Positions 1 through 11,763 of a stretch of 64,000 nucleotides of DNA are shown piece by piece. This DNA comes from Octopus sinensis. Taxonomy: Eukaryota. Both the position numbers and the translations under genes were made by a program. Numbering within the stretch: the stretch's first letter is position 1; the number at the start of each line of letters is the position of its first letter. The notes under the pieces were generated by a model. It ran no database searches. It had not been told where the DNA came from and was given only the letters and a program-made list of their open reading frames with translations. The stretch spans positions 66,340,001 to 66,404,000 of the forward strand of contig NC_042997.1 of the NCBI RefSeq assembly GCF_006345805.1, in the 5' to 3' direction.

Positions 1-284
1 TGATGTCCCAGCATGGCTACAGTCTAATGGCTGAAACAAGTAAGAGAAAGGTAGTGGGCATAATGCCTTGCCATATTTGTTCCTGATCTTTGCTGTCTGA
101 GTTCTTATCCTGTCATGGGTAGTAGATATACTCCATCACTCAGTTTGATACAGCCACTTGGTCCATGGCTTCCTTCAGTAGAATCCACTCTGTTGCAATT
201 TTTATCCAGGCCTCTAGTGTAAGGATGCCTTCCTCCCATTACTCTTGGCAGTATATTAACCTGGCATTCCTTTGGTTACAAGGA

Positions 285-570
285 GAGTTCTGGTTGATCC
301 AATGAACAGAACAGCTTGTTCATGAAATTAACATGCAAGTGGCTGGTCACCCCACAGACATGCATACCCTTAACATAGTTTTGAGGGAGATTCAGCGTGA
401 CACAATGTGACATTGCTAGCCCTTTGAAATACAGTTACAACTAACTTTTGCCAGCTGATTGGACTGGAGTAATGTTAAATGAAGTATCTTGCTCAAGAAC
501 ACAATACACTGCCAGGAACCAAACTCATGACCTTGCAATCATGAGTCAAATACCCCAACCACTAAGCCAT
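285..570 (-). mobile_element. tRNA-derived SINE, family with GTGTCCTTGAGCAAG core (decayed)
   Basis: Reverse complement aligns by eye with the + copy at 26305-26600. Confidence 0.6.
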
Positions 571-1855
571 GGGCCTTCACTTGGTGCTACATAAAGTCAT
601 GGCCGATGTCCTTCCATTTCGGACTAAGTAATTCTTCATTGTATTTCTTTATAATTAATGTTACAAAAATGAGTTTACAGTGACAAAATATTGCCGTGTC
701 AGTTGTACATGAACCATCAACAAGTATGCTGTGACCCTCTCAGTTCACTCTTCTAAGAGAGACACTCTAATATAATACCAGTGCCACTCACATCTTTGAG
801 TTATTTCTCTCTTATCCATCAGCTAAAAGTAAACTGAATTTAATAAGGGATGAATTCTGAAAATGGATTTGTCTCCAGTATTAAAATGCGAAACATAAAT
901 CCTACTTGCTTTAATCCAACTTGGATAATCCATTTTTCATATGGATCAAGAATTCCTAAGTAGAAACATTTGCATCTATTCATGGATTAATTGAAAACTG
1001 TGTATTCAATGATTTATATTCACTCTCTTATATTCCCTTCATTCTTTCTTTCCTTCTTCATTCCTTTCAGTTTAATCAATTCTGAGATTTCTTCCATATT
1101 AAATATATGTTTAGAATATGTATATTGTCTAAATTTGATTTTCTCATTTGGAGAAAATCTGAAATGGAAAATTAGATCTAATTGGAAAAATTTTACAGCA
1201 GTATTTAGTTTAATAACACGGGCTGCAGAAAAAAAATCATAACTGCAGCTGTTTTAACTATTGCTGCTGATGATTATGGTGATGATGATGACAATGGCAG
1301 CAACAGTTTCTTACTTAGACATTTGGTGGCAAGGAACAGTCAATTATATCAGCCCCAGAAGGATGAAAAAGCAAAGTTGACTTCAGCTGGAATTGAACTC
1401 AGCATGCAAATAGCCAGAACAAATACAAGTCATTTTTGTTCAATGATTTAACAATTCTGCCAATCCATCACCCAATCAATAGCAATAACAATAGTGTTTC
1501 TAACTTTGGCACAGAGCCAGCAATTTTGAAGGAAAGGATTTAGTTAATACCATCAGCCCCCAACAGTATGAAAGGCAAACTTGACTTTAGCAACATTTGA
1601 ACTCAGAACATAGAGAGCTGAAAGAAATATCGAGTCATTTCATTTGATATTCTAGCAATTCTTTCAGTCTATCATTCTAGTCATAATCATCATCATCTCT
1701 TCATTTCATATCTGCCTTCCATGCTGGCATGAGTTGGAGGACAAACTGGGCAGCATCTAGCCAAAGAAAATCTGTCTGTTTCAGGGAATTTTATCTGACC
1801 CATGCTAACATGGAAATGTGGATGTCAAAATGATATGATAATTAAATACACACAC

Positions 1856-1912
<57 letters not shown>

Positions 1913-1935
1913 GTTGAAGTGACGTGCAGATATTG

Positions 1936-2110
1936 CATATTAAGGAAAAGGAGACAGAATTTTGGATAATTTTTAGCTCTTTCGTCCATTCAATTGAACT
2001 CTTCAGATATGATGTACAGAAAATTTTTTCATATCTGAAGAGTTTGATTAAATGGAAGAAAGTGCTAATAAAGAATTATCCAGAATTCTGACTGCCTCCT
2101 TCTTAATATA
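1936..2110. repeat. Inverted repeat of PLE-terminal-repeat type, each arm with an HHR-like motif
   Basis: Arms about 1936-2012 and 2029-2110 are near reverse complements. Each reads TAT-CTGAAGA-stemII-GAAA-G(T/A)GC-TA. Confidence 0.75.
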
Positions 2111-2114
2111 TATA

Positions 2115-3716
2115 GAGCTGTGCAAGCCATGTACAGGGGTGCTTTCAGTAAGGTGAGGGTTGGCAATGAGTATAATGAAGAATTCAGGGTACAAATAGGG
2201 GTTCACCAAGGATCAGTCCTCAGTCCCCTCTTGTTCATCATAATCCTCCAGGCAATAACAGAGCAGTTCAAGATAGGCTGCCCCTGGGAGCTCCTCTAGG
2301 CTGATGACTTTGCTCTTATAGCTGAATCACTACCAGAACTAGAGAAGTTTCAGGTGTGTAAGCAAGGTCTAGAATCAAAGGGCCTTAGAGTTAACCTAGC
2401 AAAAGCCAAAGTCTTAGTAAGTAGGAAAGCAAGCAAATCACAAATCCCTTCAGGTAGATGGCCTTGCTCAATCTGTAGAAAAGGCACAGGTAGAAACTTT
2501 ATAAGATGTACTCACTGTAAGCTATGGACACATAAGAGGTGCAACAATATCAGAGGAAGGTTAACAGAGAAAATAGTTTTTGTGAGTGGAAGGTGCACAG
2601 GTATAATTAACACTAAAAATGTACAGAAGATAGATTCCATCACATGCCAACTAGAAGTAGTCGATAGCTTCCATTACCTAGGTGACTAGGTCAGTAGCAG
2701 GGGTGGATGCTCCAAGAACATTGCTGCTAGAATATGAATAGGCTGGGCAAAGCTCAGAGAGCTCCTACCTCTACTGGTAACAAAGGGCCTCTCACTCAAA
2801 ATGAAAGGCAGACTGTATGATATCTGTGTGCAAACTACCATGCTACACAGCAGTGAAACATGGGCTGTGAAAGCCAAGCACATGCACAGGCTTGTAAGAA
2901 ATGAAGCTAGTATATTTCGCTGGATGTGTAATGTCAGTGTGCATGCACAGTAGAGTATAAGCATCCTGAAAGAAAAGGTGGGCATAAGAGGCATCAGATG
3001 GGGTGCACAAGGGAGATGACTGCACTGGTATGGTCATGTGATGTGTATGGACAAGGACAGCAGTGTGAAAAAGTGTCACACTCTAATGGGGGGGGGAGAA
3101 CCTGTGGAAGAGGTAGACCCAAGAAGACATGGGACAAGGTGGTGGAGGACGATCTCCAAATGTTGGGCCTCACAGGCAATGACAAGTGACCAAGGCCTTT
3201 GGCAATATGCCGTGCTTGCAAAGACCCATCAAGCCAAGTAAGATCGTGTTGCGTAACTGGCCTGTTAAAAGCACCCTTCAAATGTTGGGCAATATGCTGT
3301 GCTTGTGAAGACCCATCAAGCGAAATGAAATCATAGTCATGGCCAGTGCCAGTGCTGTCTGACTGGCACCTGTGACAGTGGCACATAAAAAGCACCATTC
3401 GAGTGTTGGGCCTCATGGAAACAGTAACAGGTGGGTGAGACCTTTGGCGATATACCATGCTGTGTAGACCTGTCAAAGCAAGTAAGACTATAGTTGTAGC
3501 CAATGTCAGTGTCAGGTCAATGGCACCTGTGGAGTGGCATGTAAAAAACACCCACTACATTCTCAGAATGGTTGGTGTTAGGAAGGGCACCCAGCTGTTG
3601 AAACCTTTCCAAATCAGATTAGAACCTGATGCAGCTCTCCAGCTTACCAGTTTTCAGTCAAACCACCCAACCCATGCCAACATGGAAGACGGATGTTAAA
3701 TGATGATGATGATGAT
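2115..3716 (+). mobile_element. RTE-clade LINE, 5'-truncated and decayed
   Basis: GVHQGSVLSPLLF and WELL*ADD RT motifs, the RWPCSICRK...CTHCKLWTHKRC Cys-rich insert and GRGRPKKTW, then the family 3' UTR and a (GAT)n tail. Broken by stops and frameshifts. Confidence 0.9.
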
Positions 3717-3879
3717 ATATCCCTTGTGCTTTTCTTTGTCTTCTTCCCTATCAGTGTCCCTTGTTTAAATGTCATCCGCTTTAAAAAGTAACTGATGAAC
3801 TGTCTTGCTATCAGCTTGAAAAATGACAAAAATATATATATATTTATATGTATGTGTATATATATATATGTGTGTGTGT

Positions 3880-4197
3880 ACCGGTGGGACGTGAACAAAA
3901 CATTTGAGCGAGGTCGTTGCCAGTGCCACAGGACTGACTCCTGTGCAGGTGTCATGTAAAAAACACCATTTCGAGCATGGCCGTAGCCAGTACTGCCAGA
4001 CTGGCCCTTGTGCAGGTGGCATGTAAAAGCACCCACTACACTCTTGGAGTGGTTGGCATTAGGAAGGGCATCCAGCTGTAGAAATTCTGCTAGATGAGAT
4101 TGGAGCCTGGTGCAGCCATCTGGTTCGCCAGTCCTCAGTCAAATCGTCCAACCCATGCTAGCATGGAAAACGGACGTTAAACGATGATGATGATGAT
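3880..4197 (+). mobile_element. RTE LINE 3'-UTR fragment
   Basis: Same 3' end as 3500-3716 (GGCATTAGGAAGGGCATCCAGCTGTAGAAA...CATGCTAGCATGGAAAACGGACGTTAAACGATGAT). Confidence 0.85.
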
Positions 4198-4804
4198 ATA
4201 TATATATAACATAGTCATTTAGCCCATGCTGGCAGGGGAAAACAAATGATGTATCATAAATGCATACATACAGATAGATTCACACACACACATGCGTATG
4301 CACACAAATATACAAACATACACACTTACACACATATATGTATGCATATATATTTATACAAGATCTAATTAGACACCCTACAGTAAATGCAATGCCAACA
4401 CCAAATACACTGTTGTTATAATGTGGTGTCCAAGCTATTAGCTGAAGCTAATATCATAGTTACAAGAAATAGTCTTCCATTCCGCAGGAGATGTGTCCCA
4501 TTTTGAAGATTGGTTCTTAATTCTTTGCTTAATTATGATTTTTAACTTAAGGAAAAGGCTAGAAGAATGTATCAAGTGGAAGCAAATTCAATTCAATGAA
4601 GCTCAGTACATGCCTTTATACTAATTTTATGAACCCAAGAGAGAGTCAACACCCAGCAGAATTTTAATTCATTACACAGACAATGCTAACGACTGAAGCA
4701 TATTTTCCTAGCCTTCTGTTGGTTCTGCTACTCTGTAATTATTATGCCAATTTGAATGTTGTTGGTGGGGTTAAGTTAGTTTAATTAAACTGCCTTGCAT
4801 TCAT

Positions 4805-4995
4805 TCTCTCTCTCTCTCTCTCACCTCCTTTCCTCTCTCTCTCTCTCTCTCTCTCTCGTGCCTCCCTTCCTGTCTTTCACCCTCCCTATTTCCCTTTCTT
4901 CTCACTACTCCCTCTCTCTTTCTCTCCCACCCCTCCTCCCTCACTGTCTTGCTTTCTCTCTTGCTTACTCTCTCTCTTTCCCTCTCTCACCCTCC
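4805..4995. repeat. (CT)n-rich polypyrimidine tract
   Basis: Directly visible low-complexity sequence. Confidence 0.85.
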
Positions 4996-6134
4996 ATCTT
5001 TCTATTTTCGTTTGTTTTATTCTCATACATCTTACATTAGCCCTACCCCTAATACACACACACACAGAAGCTCAGCCACATCTTTCTCCTCCATATCTCA
5101 ATCACTCCCTCAAACCACAACTCCACTACACAATATTCAATCATATCTCTGTGTCCCATACACGCATAAAAACAGACACACCAGTCTACATATCAATACA
5201 GTGAACTAGATCCCTGTTCATTCAGCATTCTAATCTCTAGTCATACTCTCTCTGTTTTCATATTTACTTTGCTTCCTCATAATTCACTAAAGGAGAATTT
5301 CAGAATTTAGCCTAATACACAATACAGCACAACACAGTACTTTAGGTTAATAGTACTTACATAGTCACTCAAACTGCTAGAAATAGCAATCAGATCTTTC
5401 TCAAATTACATCCTACTGTTTTGAACAATGGACGCATTGAACAATGTAATCCATGATATGTAGTGTCCAAGAGTAGGATGAGGCGAATATAGGTGAAATG
5501 TTTAATCAGATTTGTGGAGCCTATAAGCTCATCTGACTGGAGCTTACCTCAGTATCTAAGACATTAAATAACTAAGAGTACCCACCCTTCTGATTGAGAT
5601 GAGAGCCTCTTGTAAGGATATCATCCTCCAGGTGTTATTGCTGTTACTCATTTTCAGCTGATTGAACTTAAGCAATATGAAATGAAATGCCTTGCTCAAG
5701 GACATAATGCTCTACTCAGTCCAGCTGTCAAACTCACAATATTACAAGCATGAGATCAACATCCTAACCACTAGGCCACACGTCCTTCATTCTATCAGGG
5801 TTGACCCAGGGCTAAATAATCATCAGGTTACAAACTTACAACCTTACAATCAAATATCCAAAGCCTAATCTACTCTGCCACTACAACTCTTCATTGATAT
5901 CAAATAAGCAGATTATTGTATTTGATGAGCATAAAAGTTGCACATGCATATTTGATGCATCATGCTTTCAGCTGTGTATATTCAAGGAAAATATTTTTAG
6001 TGCAGTAAAGTTTATGGGAGACCAAACTTCATTTATAGGACCCAGAATGATGTTTTGAGACATTTTTTTTACTAAAAGAAAGGGCATATTATATGCCATC
6101 AAATATGGTAATCATACTCCTATCACTGTTAATA

Positions 6135-6735
6135 AATTTTGACACAAGGCCAGCAATTTCAGGGGAGTGGGTAAGTCAATTACACCGATCCCAACACTCG
6201 ACTGGTACCTATTTTATTGACCCCTAAAAGGATTAAAGGTAAAGTCGACCTCAACCGAATTTGAACTCAGAACGTAAAGACAGACAAAATGTTGCTAAGT
6301 ATTTTGTCCAGTGTGTTAATGATTCTGCCAACTTGCCACCTTAATGATAGGTGAAATACTTAGCAGTTTTTCGTCCATCTTTACCTTTCATCCTTTCGGG
6401 GTCGATAACATAAGTACCAGTCAACAGTGGGGTAGAAGTAATCAACTTAACCCCTCCCCTGAACTTGCTGGCCCTTTGCCAAAATTTGAAACCAATAATA
6501 ATGATGATGATGATGATGATGATGATAATAATGACAATCCTTTCTACCAAAGGCACAAGGCCTGAAATTTTTGGGGAGGGGACTAGTTAATTACATCAAC
6601 CCCAGTACTCAATTTTATTGAACCCCTGCAAGGATGAAAGGTAAAGCTGACCTCAACAGAATTTAACCTCAGAATGGACAAAATGCTGCTGTGTGATTTG
6701 TCCAGCATGCTAACAATTCTGCCAGCTCACCACCT
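6135..6735. mobile_element. Cluster of three tRNA-derived SINE copies (-,+,-) with the CCTTTCATCCTTTCGGGGTCGATA domain
   Basis: Shared domain with 17502-17730. I recall this domain as MetaSINE-like, not verified. Confidence 0.7.
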
Positions 6736-7659
6736 TTATCACTGTTAATGATGGTATTTGCCCCTCTGAACTAACTACATACATCCTATCTGTAACCCAT
6801 GCTAACCCTTTCACTCATCTCCTGTTATCTTTCCTGTTGAGACATCCCATTAAACACTAGATTACTTTGCTCAATTTCCAAGTATACAAACCTTCAGAAT
6901 TTCCTTTGGACATTCATTTTGGGGCGTCCTTTTCATCATCATCATTTAACATCTGTTTTCCATGCTGGCATGGATTGGACAGTTTGCCCAGAGCTGCGGA
7001 ACTGCACCAGACTCGAGTCTGATTTGGCATGGTTTCTATGGCTAGATGCCCTTTCTAACACCAGCCGCTTTACAGAATGTGCTGGGTACTTTTACATGGC
7101 ACTGCATGAGTGCTTTTTGTGGCATCACACAGGTGCTTTTATGTGACACCACTACAAGTGCTTTTCATTTCTGCTGTTGAGTACAGCAAGATGCCAGGCA
7201 TCTCAGTCCTTTGTCATCTCGTCTGAAAGGTTCAGTGTCTTGAGATATTTCTTCAGTAGTTCATCCCATATCCTCTTGGGTCTCTCACTTCCACGTGTTC
7301 CATCTACTTTGAGAGATAAGCACTCTGTAATCTTCTTTCTTGCACACAACAATTAATTCCTCTTAAGCCTAACTTTTCTCTCAGAAAACTAGCACTCTAT
7401 CAAACATGTATATTTACATTACACATCCAGCAGAGCATACTAGCCTCATTCCTATCTAACATCAATCTCACCAGTTTGGGTGGGGTCAGAGGGCTGTGAA
7501 GGTCATTGTCTTACTTCCTTTGATTATTGTATCTACTATCTTTTATTTGTTTCATTCAGTAGACTGGAACCATAATGGCACACCACCTTAAAGAATTTTA
7601 GTTGAATAAATCGACCACAGTACATTTTTTTCTTATTTTGTAAGCCTGGTACTAATTCT

Positions 7660-7965
7660 ATCAATCTTTTTTGCCAAACTGCTAGGTTATGGGGATGTAA
7701 ACATACCAACACTGGTTGTCAATCAGTGATGGAGGACAAACAGACACAAATCACACATGCACATAAACATATACATACAAGGAGGATGTTAAACAATGAT
7801 GATATATGACAGGCTTCTTTCAGTTTCTGTCTACCAAATTCATTCATAAGGCTTTGGTCAGCCCAAGGCTATAGTAGAAGACACTTGCCCAAGGTACCAT
7901 GCAGTGGGACTGAACCTGGAACCTTGTAGTTTGGGAAGCAAGCTTCTTACCGCACAGCCACCCCT
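7660..7965 (-). mobile_element. tRNA-derived CORE-like SINE (GGCACCTTGGGCAAG family)
   Basis: Reverse complement of the family seen at 8890-9230 and 28155-28520. Confidence 0.75.
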
Positions 7966-8799
7966 GCATGAAAAAAATGTACTTGAAATTATAGTCAAAC
8001 ATCTTGCTGAAAACAGAGAAAACCCCAAATTTCTAAGGTGGAAATGTTTTTAACCACTGAGGATTGTGTTGTTATTTTTGTATTTGATATTTAGGTCAGG
8101 AATTCATTATTATTGTTGTTTGGGTCCCAGATCATCCCAGATCAAGCAGTCCTTGTTGAAAAGTATTCCTACCATGACAATCCAACATTTTTAATTTAAT
8201 TTTTATTTTTACTGGAGTAATTTATCTAGGTTAGTGCTATTCAATGTTTCTTTCCTTTCGAAGGCGATGCAGCTAGGTTTGCAGGAATAATGGCTGCTAT
8301 TTCTAGCAAGTCAACTGACCATGCAGAAACTCCCTTGTTAGCTGGAATCCATTAAGAATTCATTTTTCATCAGTGTTACTCTCAGTAAACACTGATTCCT
8401 CTCTTCCTTTGCATCTACTTTTTTTTTTTGTTTCTTACTTCAAACCCATTACAATCCATTAACTGTACAATCAATTATTAAACTACACATCAGTCTCTGT
8501 CTCACTGCAATACTGATTGCACCTCATACAATGAGTTACTGAACATTGATGTGTGCAGTATAGTTTCTTAGTTAGATATGGAGATGGTATATCTAGGACA
8601 ACAGATCTATGTGTCATGCCTTGTTGTTCGTCCAACTGCCTGTGTGCCATAAGTCTGCTCTGCAACAGGTAAATATGGATTACACATCAACAATAACAAC
8701 AATAGCTAAATAACAAACTTCTGCAAAATAAAATCTAACGATCAATGTCAAATCAATTCCAAAACACATACACATATGTATATATCATCATTTTATATA

Positions 8800-8830
<31 letters not shown>

Positions 8831-8854
8831 GTGTGTATGTATATATATATATAT

Positions 8855-8889
<35 letters not shown>

Positions 8890-8890
<1 letters not shown>

Positions 8891-9230
8891 ATAGGCTGTG
8901 TGGTAAGAAACTGGCTTTCCAACTATAAGGTTCCAGGTTCAATCTCATTACTTGGCACATTGGGCGAGTGTTTTCTTCTATAGCCTCAGGCCAACCAAAG
9001 CCTTGTGTGTGGATTTGGTAGATGGAAACTGAAAGAAGCCTGTCATATATATACATATACATGTTTGTGTGTGTGATTTATGTCTCTGTCTGTGTTTGTC
9101 CCCCACCACTGCCTAACACACTGTTAGTGTGTTTACATCCCTGTAACTTAGTAGTTTGGCAAAAAGAGACCGATAGAATAGATCCCAGGTTTTAAAAAAA
9201 CAAGTACTAGGGTCGATTCTTTTAATGTCC
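8890..9230 (+). mobile_element. tRNA-derived CORE-like SINE
   Basis: GGCTGTGTGGTAAGAA (A box) ... GGTTCAATCTC (B box) ... TTGGGCGAGTG ... GGTAGATGGAAACTGAAAGAAGCC. Confidence 0.75.
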
Positions 9231-9324
9231 AGTCGCCCATCCTTACATGACTCTGACATACACTTACAACTATTACATGAAGTCAAGGCAAGGAGACAGT
9301 AACACACACACACACACACATACA

Positions 9325-9359
<35 letters not shown>

Positions 9360-9360
<1 letters not shown>

Positions 9361-9540
9361 TAATCCAAACAAGAAAGCACAAAAAAACACAACGCGAGGA
9401 CGTGGAACAAATATAGTATTATTGGACGCTCAGGAAAGAAGGAAGGTTTAACGTTTCAAGCGGAGCCCTTCATCGGAAACATAGGAGAAGGGAAGACAGA
9501 GGAAAAAAATCGCCAACGGTACACACGAGGTCACATTTTG
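9360..9540 (-). mobile_element. PLE-type terminal repeat with HHR-like motif at 9446-9480
   Basis: Minus strand GTTT-CCGATGA-A-GGGC-TCC-GCTT-GAA-ACGT-T-AAAC: stem I GTTT/AAAC, palindromic stem III ACGT, GUU triplet, U4C variant core. Confidence 0.65.
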
Positions 9541-9568
9541 GTTACATATATGTATATATATGTATAAA

Positions 9569-9750
9569 CTTTATTTAAAAGCAGCAGAAATATAACAAAA
9601 GCTGTTACTTAGAGTTTCACATTCCCATTCGTTGGACAATTTTGTTAAAATTTTAACAAAACTGTCCAACGATATTTCTGCTGCTTTTAAATAAAGCATA
9701 TTACTCTACCTCTGGTATTTGAGTACTCTTTTTTCCATCTTGTTTCACAT
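9569..9750. repeat. Fold-back PLE-type terminal repeat with decayed HHR
   Basis: Outer arms 9569-9593 and 9672-9696 are perfect. Inner palindrome 9630-9671 has one mismatch. Segment 9594-9629 has no partner. Confidence 0.8.
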
Positions 9751-10268
9751 TTATGCACTTACCCTGGTATATATATATATATATTGGAGAACTGGAAACA
9801 AACAGCACTGTTTAAATGAGGCTTTGTTTACAGAGATCACACATGCTTTCATGATAGACTGCCGACAAAAGAAATCATCTGTATGAAGAGTGAAGCATTT
9901 GTTTATAATTGGCAAACACACAATAATAAATGACAACAATCTCATTATCATACCTAGCAACGTTAGTGGATTTGTTAGGATTCTACAGCTATGGATATGG
10001 TAGTGGGGGCTCAGAAATGGATCTCAGGGAGTATATATCCTAAATTTGCAGAAGAATTTGTTGTTGGGGCAGTTTAGCTTAAAGGTAGTGCACTAAGATG
10101 TGTAATCACAGAGGTGTGAGTTCGAGTCTCATGGCTGGCTGCCAACACATTTTTCTTCAAAATATGGGTAGTTTATTCTGTTCATACTGTATTATTAGCA
10201 TTATCCTGCATTCGAGAATAAATAATTACTTCCATATATATATATGTGTGTGTGTGTGTAAATATATA

Positions 10269-10311
<43 letters not shown>

Positions 10312-10369
10312 ATATATATATATGTATATATGTATATATATATATATATCGTTGCAGAACGACCTGCTG

Positions 10370-11180
10370 TGCTTACCTTGCATCGTAGGGTGACCTGCTG
10401 TGCTTGAGCAGACCTATTGAGTCAAGTACATCAACATCGAAATATATGCCAAATGGAAATTGTAGTTGTGATACCTGTGCCGGTGGCACGTAAAAAGCAC
10501 CATCCGAACGTGGCCAATGCCAGCGCCGCCTTGACTGGCTTCTGTGCCAGTGGCACGTAAAAAGCATCAACAGATCATGGCCACTGCCAGTCTGCCCTGG
10601 CACCTGTGCCGGTGGCACGTAAAAAGCATCCACTACACTCATGGAGTGGTTGGCGTTCGGAAGAGCATCCAGCTGTAGAAACACTGCCAGATCAGACTGG
10701 TGCCTGGTGCAGCCTCCTGGCTTCACAGACCCCGGTCGAACCATCCAACCCGTGCTAGCATGGAAAACGGACATTAAACGATGATGATGATGATGATATC
10801 AAAAGTTGTGGAAGAGAGAGACCTAGCAAGAGATGGGATGAAGTTTTGATGCTGAACTTTACGAAGATGACAGAAGATCAAGATATGCAGCACATTGCTC
10901 TACTTGAGAATACCAGCCCACCACAACAGAATCGAGATCCTAAAGCCAAGGTGCCATGTAAAAAGCACTGGTGTTGGTAGCACTTAAAAAAGTATCTGTG
11001 ATGATGCCACATAAAAAAACACCCATTACACTCTGTGTAACGGTTGGTGTTAGGAAGGGCAACCAGCTGTAGAAACCAAGCCAAAGCAAATTATGGAATT
11101 TAGTGTGGCCCTTAGCCTTACCAATTGCTATCAAGTCATCCAACCCATCAGAAATGGACATTAAATGATAGGATGATGAT
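10370..11180 (+). mobile_element. Two tandem RTE LINE 3' fragments
   Basis: Family 3'-UTR sequence ending in (GAT)n at about 10797 and again at about 11180. Confidence 0.8.
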
Positions 11181-11339
11181 TAATATTTGTTTTTATATTC
11201 AAAACAATTTTACATTAATCTGATGGGATACTCTATACTTTTGTAGAGTACAAATTTATTATTCTTGCCCAAGAATGTTGTTGACTGTAATTTCAAAGTC
11301 TTGGCCAGCTAATCCATCATCAAATATATATATATTATA

Positions 11340-11530
11340 GTGAGAATTTACAAAAAAAACAAAAGACAAAGACAGGTGTGTAAACAATAAACAGATGTTT
11401 TAGTTTAATGCTCAGGAAGTGAAAAAGTCTTTTACGTTTCAAGCCTATGCCCTTCAACAGAACGGAATGCAGAAATAAACAGGGAGAGAAAATAATAAAG
11501 GTTTAGTGGCTAGCGATCTATAATGGCGAA
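11340..11530 (-). mobile_element. PLE-type terminal repeat, same family as 9360-9540, HHR core mutated
   Basis: Minus strand CTGTTGA-A-GGGCATAGGCTT-GAA-ACGT-A. Flanks resemble 9360-9540. Confidence 0.6.
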
Positions 11531-11638
11531 TGATTATATATACGCAGCTGTATGTTCTTGTTGTTGTTTATGTTGTTTTGCAAAACATTATTTCATTCAG
11601 AATCATTCTCTGTTTCTCATTATGTTACTATTGCAGTA

Positions 11639-11763
11639 ATGGCTACAGTCGAAAAGCTTCCCACTGTAATTAGAAAGTTAGATGAAGTGGTCATCAACCG
11701 TATAGCAGCTGGGGAAATCATCCAACGTCCATGCAATGCATTGAAAGAAATGATAGAGAACTG
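11639..11763 (+). CDS. MLH1: MLH1 (MutL homolog 1) first coding exon
   Basis: Translates [41 protein letters not shown]+TG, matching the MLH1 N-terminus (human [32 protein letters not shown]). Ends at AACTG|gtaagg, a strong donor at the same position and phase as human exon 1. Confidence 0.93.

Noticed and set aside
800-975. Possible minus-strand mini-exons (GILDPYEKWIIQVGLKQ; LMDKREITQR|gtgagt)
   Set aside because: No recognisable protein and only partial splice signals.
10066-10140. tRNA-like sequence
   Set aside because: T-arm and B box are present, but the acceptor and anticodon stems do not pair. More likely a decayed SINE head.
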